From contig CAJYAP010000003.1 of the NCBI GenBank assembly GCA_913065025.1, positions 5,876 through 69,875 of the forward strand: a stretch of DNA of 64,000 nucleotides, in the 5' to 3' direction. A program made the position numbers and the translations under genes. Shown piece by piece: positions 10,465 through 19,652 of the stretch. The stretch is from an uncultured Gammaproteobacteria bacterium (GTDB taxonomy: Bacteria > Pseudomonadota > Gammaproteobacteria > Poriferisulfidales > GCA-002705445). Numbering within the stretch: the stretch's first letter is position 1; each line of letters starts with the position of its first letter. The notes below the pieces were generated by a model. The model searched no databases and was not told where the DNA came from. It saw nothing but the letters and a program-made list of their open reading frames with translations.

Positions 10465-11020
10465 ATATTTTTCTTTAATTAAGACAAAGCTTTATCTTTT
10501 GTTAATTATTTTTTCATTTGCTGGGCCTTTGATTCTTGCAACATTCATGTATAAGTATAGCGATTTTATCCCTGTTGCAGAACCAAAATCAAATGGCAAT
10601 CTTATTACGCCAGTAATTACGATAACTCAAGAAGAAGATTTTGAAAATATCTTGAGGGATAAGAAATGGACTTTTATGTATGTGTATGAAAACGAAACAT
10701 GTGATCTTATATGTGAGGCAACTTTATATATGATGCAGCAAGTTAGAGAATCTGTAGGGAGAGAAAGATCTAGAATAAAAAATTTATTAATTGTTGAAGA
10801 TAAATTTAATAGTGCTGAGAATATTAATATTATAAGTAAATATAATAAGATTAAAATGTTAGAGGTATTAAATAATAGTTTTTTTGAAAAACTGAAAAAA
10901 AATCATTTATACATAGTGGACCCTTTAGGAAATATTTTTATGTATTATAACAAGGACTTTGACGCAAAGGGACTAAAGAAAGATATTAAAAAATTACTTA
11001 GAATCTCAAGGATTGGTTAA
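10448..11020 (+). CDS. membrane-anchored Sco-like thioredoxin-fold protein (CxxxC), cox-cluster hypothetical
   Basis: 190 aa with an N-terminal TM helix. KKWTFMYVYENETCDLICEATL resembles the Sco1/SenC CxxxC region, and HLYIVDPLGNIFMYY resembles the Sco C-terminal strand but lacks the copper-ligand His. Confidence 0.5.
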   Translation: MGKTVEYFSLIKTKLYLLLIIFSFAGPLILATFMYKYSDFIPVAEPKSNGNLITPVITITQEEDFENILRDKKWTFMYVYENETCDLICEATLYMMQQVRESVGRERSRIKNLLIVEDKFNSAENINIISKYNKIKMLEVLNNSFFEKLKKNHLYIVDPLGNIFMYYNKDFDAKGLKKDIKKLLRISRIG

Positions 11021-11026
11021 ATTAGC

Positions 11027-12052
11027 ATGGTAAAAATTAATTATTATTTATTATTTGTTATAACGATAACTTTAGCAGTCATAACTCTTGGCGCATATGT
11101 AAGACTATCGCATGCAGGACTAGGTTGCCCAGATTGGCCCGGGTGTTATGGGTATTTAGTAGGGGTTCCAGATAATCCATTAGAAATAACTAATGCGGAA
11201 AAAAATTTTGAAGGCTCAAGTGTTGATATCGGTAAAGCTTGGAAAGAAATGATCCACAGATATCTTGCTGGGGCATTAGGAATTTTTATATTTATAATAT
11301 CTTTAATATTCTATAAAAATAATACGCATAAGCTATTTAAGCTATCACTTTTAGTATCATTTTTAGTAATAATGCAAGCAGCACTAGGAATGTTTACGGT
11401 TACTTTACAATTACAACCTATTATTGTCATGATGCATTTAGTTGGGGGATTAACTATTATTACTTTATTGTGGCTTTTATATTTAAGAAACAACATTAAT
11501 AACTATTTTATCGAAAGTAAATCCCTTATAAATATTTCTTTGAAAAAAATAAAAAAACTATCTTATTTTGGATATTTAACTTTAGTGATTTTAATTATAC
11601 AAGTAATGTTAGGTGGATGGACTAGTACTAATTATGCCGCTTTAGCATGCGCTGACTTTCCAAAATGTAATGCAGCATGGTGGCCACAAATGGACTTCTA
11701 TAGCGCTTTTATTGTTGAACTAGCTACAGATTTAAATTATGAATTTGGTAGACTAGATAGCCCAGCAAGAGTCGCGATACACTTTACACATCGAGTATGG
11801 GCTATAATTGTAGCAGCAATGATAATTAGCTTATCTATTTTATCTTACAAAACGATCAAAATGCCTTCTCAAAAAATAATTTCTCTTTTACTTATTTTTT
11901 TCTTATTAGTACAAGTAATATTAGGGATTTTGAATGTGAAAATGGGTTTACCAATATATGTTGCTGTTGCGCATAATGGTAACGCTGCATTGTTATTAAT
12001 GTGTCTAATAACTCAATTATATTTAATAAAAAGAGTTAAAAGTAACTTGTAG
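11027..12052 (+). CDS. ctaA: heme A synthase (COX15/CtaA)
   Basis: 341 aa polytopic membrane protein with an N-terminal GLGCPDWPGC motif and conserved His-containing helices. Confidence 0.9.
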   Translation: MVKINYYLLFVITITLAVITLGAYVRLSHAGLGCPDWPGCYGYLVGVPDNPLEITNAEKNFEGSSVDIGKAWKEMIHRYLAGALGIFIFIISLIFYKNNTHKLFKLSLLVSFLVIMQAALGMFTVTLQLQPIIVMMHLVGGLTIITLLWLLYLRNNINNYFIESKSLINISLKKIKKLSYFGYLTLVILIIQVMLGGWTSTNYAALACADFPKCNAAWWPQMDFYSAFIVELATDLNYEFGRLDSPARVAIHFTHRVWAIIVAAMIISLSILSYKTIKMPSQKIISLLLIFFLLVQVILGILNVKMGLPIYVAVAHNGNAALLLMCLITQLYLIKRVKSNL

Positions 12053-12060
12053 AAATTACT

Positions 12061-12957
12061 ATGTTTAATTTTAAAATTTACAAAGCTTATTTAGAGTCTT
12101 CAAAGCCTAGAGTAGTTTTGCTAATGATATTTACATCATTTATTGGCATGTTATTAGCTGACCCATTGCATCTAAATTTTAAAATTTTAATTCTAGGGAA
12201 TTTAGGTATTGCTTTAATGTCACTATCTGCTGGCTCGATAAATCAACTACTAGATCAAAGAATTGATAGTATCATGCAAAGAACAAAAAGTAGACCTTTG
12301 GTATCAGGTGTTCTAAAGACTAAAAATGTAGTTTTATATGCTTCTATAATGGCAATTATAGGTTTTTTCATACTATATTTTTACATTAACACACTTACGG
12401 CATGGCTAACTTTTGGATCACTAATTGGCTATGCATTCATATACACAATTTATTTAAAAAGAAGTACACCGCAAAATATTGTTATTGGTGGAGCTGCTGG
12501 AGCCACGCCACCACTACTTGGCTGGACTGCAATGACAGGGCAGATTGATCTAATAGCAGTAATACTGTTTTTAATAATATTTACATGGACGCCGCCACAT
12601 TTTTGGGCTTTAGCACTTTTTAGAAAAGAAGAATATTTTGCTGCCAAAATACCAATGTTACCTGTAACTCATGGAGAGCAATATACAAGAGTTCATATAA
12701 CTCTATACACACTGATGTTAACTATTGTTAGTTTTTTACCTTTTATTATTCAGTTCTCAAGTCATTTCTATCTGATAGGGGCATTGATATTAAACATAGT
12801 ATTTTTATATTATGTAATAAAAATGCAAGTATCGAAAAATAATTTTTTAGCAAACAAAATATTTAATTACTCTATTATATACTTGTCAGCGCTATTCGGA
12901 TTTTTAATAGCAGATAGATATTTAGTTTTATTGGCAGATGTTAAAAGTTTTGCTTAA
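12061..12957 (+). CDS. ctaB: protoheme IX farnesyltransferase (heme O synthase)
   Basis: 298 aa UbiA-family prenyltransferase with DQRIDSIMQRTKSRPL and WTPPHFWALAL motifs. Confidence 0.93.
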   Translation: MFNFKIYKAYLESSKPRVVLLMIFTSFIGMLLADPLHLNFKILILGNLGIALMSLSAGSINQLLDQRIDSIMQRTKSRPLVSGVLKTKNVVLYASIMAIIGFFILYFYINTLTAWLTFGSLIGYAFIYTIYLKRSTPQNIVIGGAAGATPPLLGWTAMTGQIDLIAVILFLIIFTWTPPHFWALALFRKEEYFAAKIPMLPVTHGEQYTRVHITLYTLMLTIVSFLPFIIQFSSHFYLIGALILNIVFLYYVIKMQVSKNNFLANKIFNYSIIYLSALFGFLIADRYLVLLADVKSFA

Positions 12958-13774
12958 GCTTTAGAATAGATTCATTTTCAATTTGTCTTATTCTCTCTCT
13001 AGAAATACCATATTTTATAGATAAGTCTTCCAAAGTGATTTTATTTGATGATAACCATCTGCTTTTTATTATGTCCTTACTTCTTTCGTCTAAACTTCCT
13101 ATAACTTTATATAACTTATTTGTAAGTAATTTTTTATCATCATTTTCCAAAATTATATCTGGCTCTAACTCATTACTTTTTAAGTAAACAGAGGGAGATA
13201 AATTATCTTCATCTTGATCTTCTATTGTTAAATCAGAATTAAACATTCTTTTTTCCATTTCCGTTACATCTTTTAGAGGAACACCTAAGTCTTTGGCAAT
13301 TGAGGACGCTTCTTGCGATGTTAGGCTTGATAGTGAATTTCTTTTTGATCTTAAATTAAAAAACAATTTTCTTTGTGCCTTGGTAGTAGCTACTTTCACA
13401 ATTTTCCAGTTTTTTATCACAAATTCATGTATTTCAGATTTTATTGAATAAATAGCAAAAGTTATTAATTTAAGATTTTTATCCGGATCATATTTTTTAA
13501 CAGCTTTCATTAAACCTATATTACCTTCCTGAATTAAATCACTTAAATTCAGACCATATCCCGAGTAACTTTTTGCAATATAAACAACATATCTTAAGTT
13601 ATGCATAATTAGTTTTTTTGCAGATTCAAGGTCTTTACCATTTGTTAAATTTCTCCCCAAACTAACTTCTTCTTCCGTCGAAAGTATTGGTATGTTCATA
13701 ACATGATTTATGTAAGTATCAATACTTCCAGTACATGAAGGCAGTGAACTATTGTTGTAATTTAATGTTTTCAT
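12941..13774 (-). CDS. rpoH: RNA polymerase sigma-32 (heat-shock sigma factor)
   Basis: Contains the RpoH box KVATTKAQRKLFFNLR and the sigma-70 region 2 motif DLIQEGNIGLMKAVKKYD. The start is chosen at MKTLNYN (nt 13774); the track ORF extends to 13798. Confidence 0.93.
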   Translation of the reverse strand: MKTLNYNNSSLPSCTGSIDTYINHVMNIPILSTEEEVSLGRNLTNGKDLESAKKLIMHNLRYVVYIAKSYSGYGLNLSDLIQEGNIGLMKAVKKYDPDKNLKLITFAIYSIKSEIHEFVIKNWKIVKVATTKAQRKLFFNLRSKRNSLSSLTSQEASSIAKDLGVPLKDVTEMEKRMFNSDLTIEDQDEDNLSPSVYLKSNELEPDIILENDDKKLLTNKLYKVIGSLDERSKDIIKSRWLSSNKITLEDLSIKYGISRERIRQIENESILKLKQNF

Positions 13775-13800
13775 ATATATTTTTAACTCGATTAGCACTC

Positions 13801-13828
13801 ATTATACTAGAGTGCTAATTAATTTCAA
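13801..13828 (-). promoter_or_regulatory. putative sigma-70 promoter of rpoH (TTGAAA-N16-TATAAT)
   Basis: Minus-strand TTGAAA is at complement 13823-13828 and TATAAT at complement 13801-13806, with a 16-nt spacer, about 27 nt upstream of the rpoH ATG. The -10 box is bracketed by a 9-bp inverted repeat (13792-13800 / 13810-13818). Confidence 0.45.
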
Positions 13829-13867
13829 GATTACATAAATAACTATAATAAATCAATGATTTATAGA

Positions 13868-14821
13868 CTAAAAATCCTCATCAAGAAATCTATTAATTAC
13901 GATCTTGCATGTAGTTACACCTATAATAATAATAAAAAATACCATTAATACAGCCTCTACAAAAGATATATTGAGGAAAGAATATTGTATCTCATATGAA
14001 TATAGAAAGTCGCCAATAGAGTTAGAAAAATACCTTGTTATAAATTGAGCTAAAATAAAACCAATAAGAAAACAAAGAAAATTTAATACAATAGGAAAAT
14101 ACATATATTCTCTTCGAATATAAGAGTTTCTTGCGCCAATAATTCTATATATTAATATTTTATTTTTATTAGAAGTTACTTCAATTTTTATATAATTATT
14201 AATAACATTTATTAAAATTAGTATTAGAAAAATTAAAGCAAAAATTAAAAATTTATATAAAATATTTTTGATGTAAATAGTTTTCTTAAGAAAAATAATA
14301 TTTGAACTATATGAATCAATATATGCATTATTTTCTAGAAAAATATTCAGATCATTATTCTCATAATCGTAATCATAATCATAATCAATTACCTTTCTTT
14401 TTATTATTATAGTTTTTGGTAAAGGATTAAAACTTAAATTATTTACAACATTATCTCTACTATTTATTTTAGAATATAAATTTAAAGATTCTTCTTCTGT
14501 ATAGAAATCAATAGAAATAATATTATTTTTTTTACTAATATTTTTTTTTATATCATCTACATAGTTATTGGGTATGTCTTTTTTTAAAAATAGTATAATT
14601 TTTTCGTGTTCATAGTCTATTAAATTATTATTAATATTTTTAATTAAAATATATGACACTAAAACTAAAGATATTGCTATGGATATAGGTATTATTATTA
14701 AAAATAATTTCATGGGATTTTTAAATAATAATTTAGCATTATACTGAAAACATTCTTTGTGATGCTTCATATATGACATTAATGCTTCTAATGAAAGTCT
14801 ATTCTGAAATAATTTTTTCAT
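13868..14821 (-). CDS. ftsX: cell division ABC transporter permease-like protein FtsX
   Basis: 317 aa with an N-terminal TM helix, a periplasmic domain and 3 C-terminal TM helices. It overlaps ftsE and lies upstream of rpoH, the classic ftsEX-rpoH order. Confidence 0.8.
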   Translation of the reverse strand: MKKLFQNRLSLEALMSYMKHHKECFQYNAKLLFKNPMKLFLIIIPISIAISLVLVSYILIKNINNNLIDYEHEKIILFLKKDIPNNYVDDIKKNISKKNNIISIDFYTEEESLNLYSKINSRDNVVNNLSFNPLPKTIIIKRKVIDYDYDYDYENNDLNIFLENNAYIDSYSSNIIFLKKTIYIKNILYKFLIFALIFLILILINVINNYIKIEVTSNKNKILIYRIIGARNSYIRREYMYFPIVLNFLCFLIGFILAQFITRYFSNSIGDFLYSYEIQYSFLNISFVEAVLMVFFIIIIGVTTCKIVINRFLDEDF

Positions 14822-15452
14822 TACTAATATTTATAATTTTTTGCTGTAATTCCCTTACTAAATTAAATTCGTGAGTGGCTACCACCACAGTTGCACCATA
14901 TTGACTTAATTTTATTAACATATTAATAATACTCTTTGATAGGTTTTGGTCTAAATTTCCGGTAGGCTCATCTGCGAGAATTATGTTTGGCCTATGTATT
15001 ATAGCTCTTGCTATTGCCACCCTTTGTCTTTCGCCTGCAGAGAGGCTTTGAATGATTTTATTTCCTTGGTTATTTAGATTAACCAAATCTAGAACTGCTC
15101 TTATTTTTCTGTTAATTTCTTTTCTATGAGATACCAATAATGGTAAAGAAATATTATAATTAACTGTTCTATCTTCCACAAAATAGTTATCTTGCATAAT
15201 TATGCCAACAGATTTTCTGTAATCTGATATTTCATTATTATTGAGTTTTGTAATACTGAGATCATCAACTAATATATCTCCCTTATCTGGCTTTTCTAAA
15301 GCTGATATCAGCCTTAGAAATGTGGTTTTACCAGATCCTGATTCGCCAGTTAAAAAGATAAAATCACCTTTTTTAATATTTATGCTGGTATCATAAAATA
15401 CTTTTTTACCAGAATATATTTTGCAAACATTGTTAAAACTTATCATAACCAT
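14799..15452 (-). CDS. ftsE: cell division ATP-binding protein FtsE
   Basis: 217 aa with Walker A GESGSGKTT, ABC signature LSAGERQR and Walker B ILADEPTGNLD. Confidence 0.9.
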   Translation of the reverse strand: MVMISFNNVCKIYSGKKVFYDTSINIKKGDFIFLTGESGSGKTTFLRLISALEKPDKGDILVDDLSITKLNNNEISDYRKSVGIIMQDNYFVEDRTVNYNISLPLLVSHRKEINRKIRAVLDLVNLNNQGNKIIQSLSAGERQRVAIARAIIHRPNIILADEPTGNLDQNLSKSIINMLIKLSQYGATVVVATHEFNLVRELQQKIINISNEKIISE

Positions 15453-15519
15453 TATGATATATTGTTTTTAGATTTATAGTAATAAGATCTTAAATAAATT
15501 TTTTTGAAAGGGAAAATAT

Positions 15520-16875
15520 ATGAGTTTTATCAATAATATTAATATTTTAAAATATTTTTTAATTTTTAAAATTTTTGCAATATTAATCTTAAGCATATCA
15601 TTTGATGCGAGGGCTGAAATTATGGAAAGAACATTAGAGAATGGGCTTCATGTTATCTTGAAAAAAGATGCACGTGCTCCTGTGGTGACAAGCCATATCT
15701 GGTACAAGATTGGCTCTGCAGATGAGGTAAGCGGTAAGACGGGATTGTCCCATGCTTTAGAACACATGATGTTTAAAGGAACCAAGAACAATCCTGGTGG
15801 AGTATTCTCTGAAATCATTGCCAAGCTAGGCGGTAAAGAAAATGCGTTTACCAGCAAAGACTACACTGCTTATTATCAAACTCTTCCCTCCCAACATCTA
15901 GAGCATGCTATAAAATTGGAATCAGATAGAATGTCAAATTTAGTAGTAAGTAAAGAAGATTTTTTAAAAGAAATCGAGGTTATAAAAGAAGAGAGGAGGC
16001 TAAGAACTGACGATCAGTCAGAGGGTATTGCATATGAACAACTTTATGCGAGCGCATATACTAATAGTTCATACCATGATCCAATTATAGGATGGATGGA
16101 AGATTTAAATAATATGACAGAGAATGACATATCTGATTGGTACGAAAATTGGTACGCACCAAATAATGCTACAGCAGTAATAGTCGGCGATATAGATTTT
16201 GATAAAACTATGACCTTAGTGGAAAAATATTATGGTGGTAAAAAAGCAGTTAAAATTAAAGATAGAATTAATAGAAGTGAGCCATTCCAGTTTGGAGAAA
16301 AAAATGTATCCATTGAAATAAAAGATAAACCTACTTATTTGATAATGGGTTATAAAGTGCCTAGCTTAAATGCTAAAAATGTAGAAAAGTGGGAATGTTA
16401 TGCGTTATCAGTATTATCTGGCATACTTAGCAGCGGCCAAAATTCTCGTTTACAAAAAGTGCTCATAAGAGAAAAGAAAATAGCTAGTTATGCAGACTCC
16501 GGATACTACATGTTTTCAAGAAATAATCCTTTGTTTCTCATAGATGTAAATCCAATAGTTGGCAAAAAGATAAGTAGAATAGAGGTTGAGTTAGATAAAA
16601 TAGTGAAAGAGCTTAAAACTAAGCTAGTAAGTCAAAAGGAACTAGATAGAATAAAAGCACAGGTTTTGGCTTCAGAAGTTTATCAAAGAGATTCAATAGA
16701 TTATCAGGCTAGAGTTTTAGGTATGGTTAAGACATCTATAGGAGATACTAAAATAATAGAGAAATATACTGAAAGTATAGCTTCAGTTACGGCGAAGCAG
16801 GTCCGAGAAGTTGCAAGAAAATATTTAGTACCAAATTTAAAGACTGTAGTAAAGGTAAACGAAAACATTCAATAA
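15520..16875 (+). CDS. M16 family zinc peptidase (active subunit)
   Basis: 451 aa with a signal-like N-terminus and the inverted zinc motif HALEHMMFKGT (HxxEH). Confidence 0.88.
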   Translation: MSFINNINILKYFLIFKIFAILILSISFDARAEIMERTLENGLHVILKKDARAPVVTSHIWYKIGSADEVSGKTGLSHALEHMMFKGTKNNPGGVFSEIIAKLGGKENAFTSKDYTAYYQTLPSQHLEHAIKLESDRMSNLVVSKEDFLKEIEVIKEERRLRTDDQSEGIAYEQLYASAYTNSSYHDPIIGWMEDLNNMTENDISDWYENWYAPNNATAVIVGDIDFDKTMTLVEKYYGGKKAVKIKDRINRSEPFQFGEKNVSIEIKDKPTYLIMGYKVPSLNAKNVEKWECYALSVLSGILSSGQNSRLQKVLIREKKIASYADSGYYMFSRNNPLFLIDVNPIVGKKISRIEVELDKIVKELKTKLVSQKELDRIKAQVLASEVYQRDSIDYQARVLGMVKTSIGDTKIIEKYTESIASVTAKQVREVARKYLVPNLKTVVKVNENIQ

Positions 16876-18206
16876 TGAATAATAAAATAATCAAAATAAC
16901 ATATTTTTTAATAATTATGACGCTATCAAATTTAACACAAGCTAATATAGAAATATCTCAGTATGAAACAAAAAACGGTATAAAAGTTTTATATACTAAA
17001 GCACAAAATATCCCTATGATTGATATTAAAATTACTTTTGATGCAGGGTCTAATAAAGATGGTGACATTAAAGGTTTATCAATGTTAACTCATAGCTTGC
17101 TAGATGAGGGAACTTCAAAAATGAACTCCGAATCTATTGCTTCAACTTTTGAATCTACAGGAGCAATCTTTAATACTTCTGTTAATAAAGATAAATCATC
17201 TATTTCTTTAAGATCATTAACTGAAAAAAAATATTTGGATCCATCTATAAAAATGTTTTTAAAGATTTTATCTGATAGTGTTTTTCCTCAAAAAGAGATT
17301 AATTTGCAAAAAGATAGAACAATTTCTTCAATAATTGAAGATCAAACGGATCCTAGTGAAATATCTATGAATTTATTTTTTAAAGAAATTTATGGTAATT
17401 ATCCATATGCGTATCCTTCAATAGGCATGAAAAATACTTTGAGTAAAATAAAAAGAAAAGATATTCAAAATTTCTATAGAAATAATATAAATTCTAGAAA
17501 CTCAAAAATTGTAATTGTTTCGTCACTCTCAAATAAAGAAGTTATAAGTTTAGCCGAGAAAATATCTAAGTCACTAAATAATTCAGAATTAAAAAAAGAT
17601 GATGTCTCATCTTCACCAAAAATATTAAAAAATAGCAAAGAAAAATATATTTATAAAAAGTTTAACTCTGAGCAGGCACACATATACATAGGTGGTTTAT
17701 CTATAAAAAGAGGGTCTAAATATCAACTTCCATTATATGTTGGAAATTATATTTTTGGAGGAAGTGGTTTTAGTGCAAGACTTATGCAGGAGTTAAGAGT
17801 AAAAAGAGGTTTAACATATGGAGTTTATAGTTATATATATCCAATGAAAGACGTTGGCCCCTTTGTAATTGGAATTGAAACAAAAGCAGAGCAAGCGCAA
17901 GAGTCCGTGAAATTAATTCACAAAATGATAAAGGAATTTCATAAAAATGGGCCAAGCGATAAAGAATTAAAGCACGCCAAAGAAGCTATAATAAATGGTT
18001 TTCCATTAAGGATTGATAGTAACACTGATATTTTAAATTATTTATCAATGATTAATTACTATAATTTACCACTTGATTATTTAAATACTTTTACAAAGAA
18101 AATATCAAAAATAACTAAAAAAGATATTTTAGAAGCCTTTGAAAAAGAAGTTGACGTCAAGAATTTAGTAACTTTAGTCGTTGGAAATGAAAAAGCAAAA
18201 AAATAG
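16875..18206 (+). CDS. M16 family peptidase, non-catalytic partner
   Basis: 443 aa with M16 architecture and a signal peptide. The HxxEH motif is replaced by LTHSLLDEGT. It abuts the preceding M16 gene. Confidence 0.85.
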   Translation: MNNKIIKITYFLIIMTLSNLTQANIEISQYETKNGIKVLYTKAQNIPMIDIKITFDAGSNKDGDIKGLSMLTHSLLDEGTSKMNSESIASTFESTGAIFNTSVNKDKSSISLRSLTEKKYLDPSIKMFLKILSDSVFPQKEINLQKDRTISSIIEDQTDPSEISMNLFFKEIYGNYPYAYPSIGMKNTLSKIKRKDIQNFYRNNINSRNSKIVIVSSLSNKEVISLAEKISKSLNNSELKKDDVSSSPKILKNSKEKYIYKKFNSEQAHIYIGGLSIKRGSKYQLPLYVGNYIFGGSGFSARLMQELRVKRGLTYGVYSYIYPMKDVGPFVIGIETKAEQAQESVKLIHKMIKEFHKNGPSDKELKHAKEAIINGFPLRIDSNTDILNYLSMINYYNLPLDYLNTFTKKISKITKKDILEAFEKEVDVKNLVTLVVGNEKAKK

Positions 18207-18783
18207 CACAGCAAACTTAAAAGTTAAAATAATCTCAGGTTGCTGGAGAGGAAAAAATATTAATTTTCTCGAAAAAAAAGACCTGAGACCAACAAAAAGT
18301 CAAATAAGAGAAACACTTTTTAACTGGATCCAGTATGATGTTGAAAACTCCTATTGTTTAGATTTATTTTCTGGAAGTGGTGTTCTGGGATTTGAAGCAG
18401 CATCGCGAGGAGCAAAGAAAGTTTTTATGGTTGATAATGATTTAGATGTGGTTAATTGTTTAAATATTCAAAAAAAAAAGTTAAAAGGAGATAATATTTT
18501 TATCTTTAATTCTGATTCAGATGAATTCCTTAAAAATTTTAATGAAAAAGTTAGTTTGATATTTCTTGATCCCCCTTTTACAAAAAATATTCTTGATGAA
18601 ACAATAAAGAGTTTAAGTGTATCAAATAGTCTTATTGATAGGTGCAAGATATATATTGAATTACCACACAATAAGAATTTTACAGTGAACATAAAAACTC
18701 CAGAAAATTGGGAATTACTAAAGAGTAAAAAATCTGGAGATGTCGCTTACTTACTTTTTCAGCATAATTGTTCTATGATATAG
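18181..18783 (+). CDS. rsmD: 16S rRNA (guanine966-N2)-methyltransferase RsmD
   Basis: 200 aa with LDLFSGSGVLGFEA (SAM binding) and the DPPF catalytic motif. It lies directly upstream of coaD, the conserved pairing. Confidence 0.85.
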   Translation: MEMKKQKNSTANLKVKIISGCWRGKNINFLEKKDLRPTKSQIRETLFNWIQYDVENSYCLDLFSGSGVLGFEAASRGAKKVFMVDNDLDVVNCLNIQKKKLKGDNIFIFNSDSDEFLKNFNEKVSLIFLDPPFTKNILDETIKSLSVSNSLIDRCKIYIELPHNKNFTVNIKTPENWELLKSKKSGDVAYLLFQHNCSMI

Positions 18784-18815
18784 TCTATATAAGATTAATT
18801 TTAGATGGTTAACTA

Positions 18816-19295
18816 ATGAATATCGCTGTATATCCTGGTACATTTGATCCATTCACAAATGGGCATAAAGATTTAGTGCAAAGAGCTTCGACGAATATAT
18901 TTGATAAGGTATATGTTTGTGTAGCTGAGAATTCTAGGAAAGAAACTCTTTTTTCACTATCAGAAAGAATTAATCTTGCAGAAAAATCTCTTATTGATCT
19001 AAAAAATATTGAAGTAATTGGCTTTGATGGCCTACTTGTAGACTTTGCAGAAAAATTAAATGCCAAAGTTATTTTAAGAGGGCTTCGTGTAGTGTCAGAT
19101 TTTGAATATGAATTTCAAATGTCTAGTATGAACAAGAAGTTAAATCATAACATAGAATCAATTTTTCTAACCCCATCTGAATCTTATGCGTTCTTATCGT
19201 CATCATTAGTTAAGGAAATAGCGGAACTTGGTGGTGATATATCAAAATTTGTGAGTTCTGAAGTAAAGGACGCATTACAAACAAAATACAAATAA
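18816..19295 (+). CDS. coaD: phosphopantetheine adenylyltransferase
   Basis: 159 aa beginning AVYPGTFDPFTNGH, the nucleotidyltransferase (H/T)xGH motif. Confidence 0.95.
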   Translation: MNIAVYPGTFDPFTNGHKDLVQRASTNIFDKVYVCVAENSRKETLFSLSERINLAEKSLIDLKNIEVIGFDGLLVDFAEKLNAKVILRGLRVVSDFEYEFQMSSMNKKLNHNIESIFLTPSESYAFLSSSLVKEIAELGGDISKFVSSEVKDALQTKYK

Positions 19296-19299
19296 TCTA

Positions 19300-19327
19300 T
19301 TGACATATACTATTTATATATTATAAT
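19300..19327 (+). promoter_or_regulatory. consensus-like sigma-70 promoter (TTGACA-N16-TATAAT)
   Basis: TTGACA at 19300-19305 and TATAAT at 19322-19327, 5 nt after the coaD stop. Both hexamers are perfect. The AT-rich background makes a chance -10 likely but a chance -35 less so. Confidence 0.4.
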
Positions 19328-19370
19328 ATTCTTATATATTATTATTATTATTTAGAAATGGATGGTTATT

Positions 19371-19448
19371 ATGTTGGAACTCTTTATTATGCTTGCAGTT
19401 TGGTCTTTAGCCTCAGTATTACTCTATAGACAGTACCTGGGCAAGTAA
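19371..19448 (+). CDS. possible 25-aa hydrophobic small protein
   Basis: The product is MLELFIMLAVWSLASVLLYRQYLGK, one TM-length hydrophobic stretch with a basic/polar tail. It sits between the promoter at 19300 and the hairpin at 19456-19493. The SD is weak (GGATGG). Confidence 0.25.
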   Translation: MLELFIMLAVWSLASVLLYRQYLGK

Positions 19449-19455
19449 TCGTTTT

Positions 19456-19493
19456 TTAAAGAATTGAAGGCCAAGGATGGCTTTCTTCTTTAA
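19456..19493 (+). terminator. possible terminator hairpin (15 bp in two helices with a 2-nt bulge)
   Basis: TTAAAGAATTGAAGGCC - aaggat - GGCTTTCTTCTTTAA. The descending arm and tail are U-rich but there is no clean T-run. Confidence 0.3.
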
Positions 19494-19652
19494 AGTTTAT
19501 GTTAGTCCTCCTTGATATTATAAAAAACAATAGTCTGGTTGGCCCACAATAAAAAACTATTGATTATATAACTTTGACTACAATCCTATATTTGATATAG
19601 TAAAAAATCCCATTAAGGGATTTTAAGCTTAAATAATAATAAGGAGGCTTCA

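Noticed and set aside
14363-14386. Four tandem 6-nt units (GATTAY on the coding strand) encoding (DY)4 in FtsX, considered as a phase-variation tract
   Set aside because: The unit length is a multiple of three, so slippage would not shift the frame. There are only four imperfect copies, which is probably a neutral low-complexity insertion in the periplasmic domain.
19461-19480. GAAGGCCAAGG resembling the conserved SRP (4.5S) RNA domain IV sequence
   Set aside because: The match covers only a few nucleotides. The flanks do not form the long, nearly symmetric SRP hairpin or the GGAA tetraloop context.
19507-19513. Minus-strand AAGGAGG as the SD of a minus-strand small ORF
   Set aside because: No ATG, GTG or TTG lies at suitable spacing; the next codon is ATA, followed by a 14-codon frame. 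It is more likely incidental, or an anti-SD partner for the lpp-like gene's SD.
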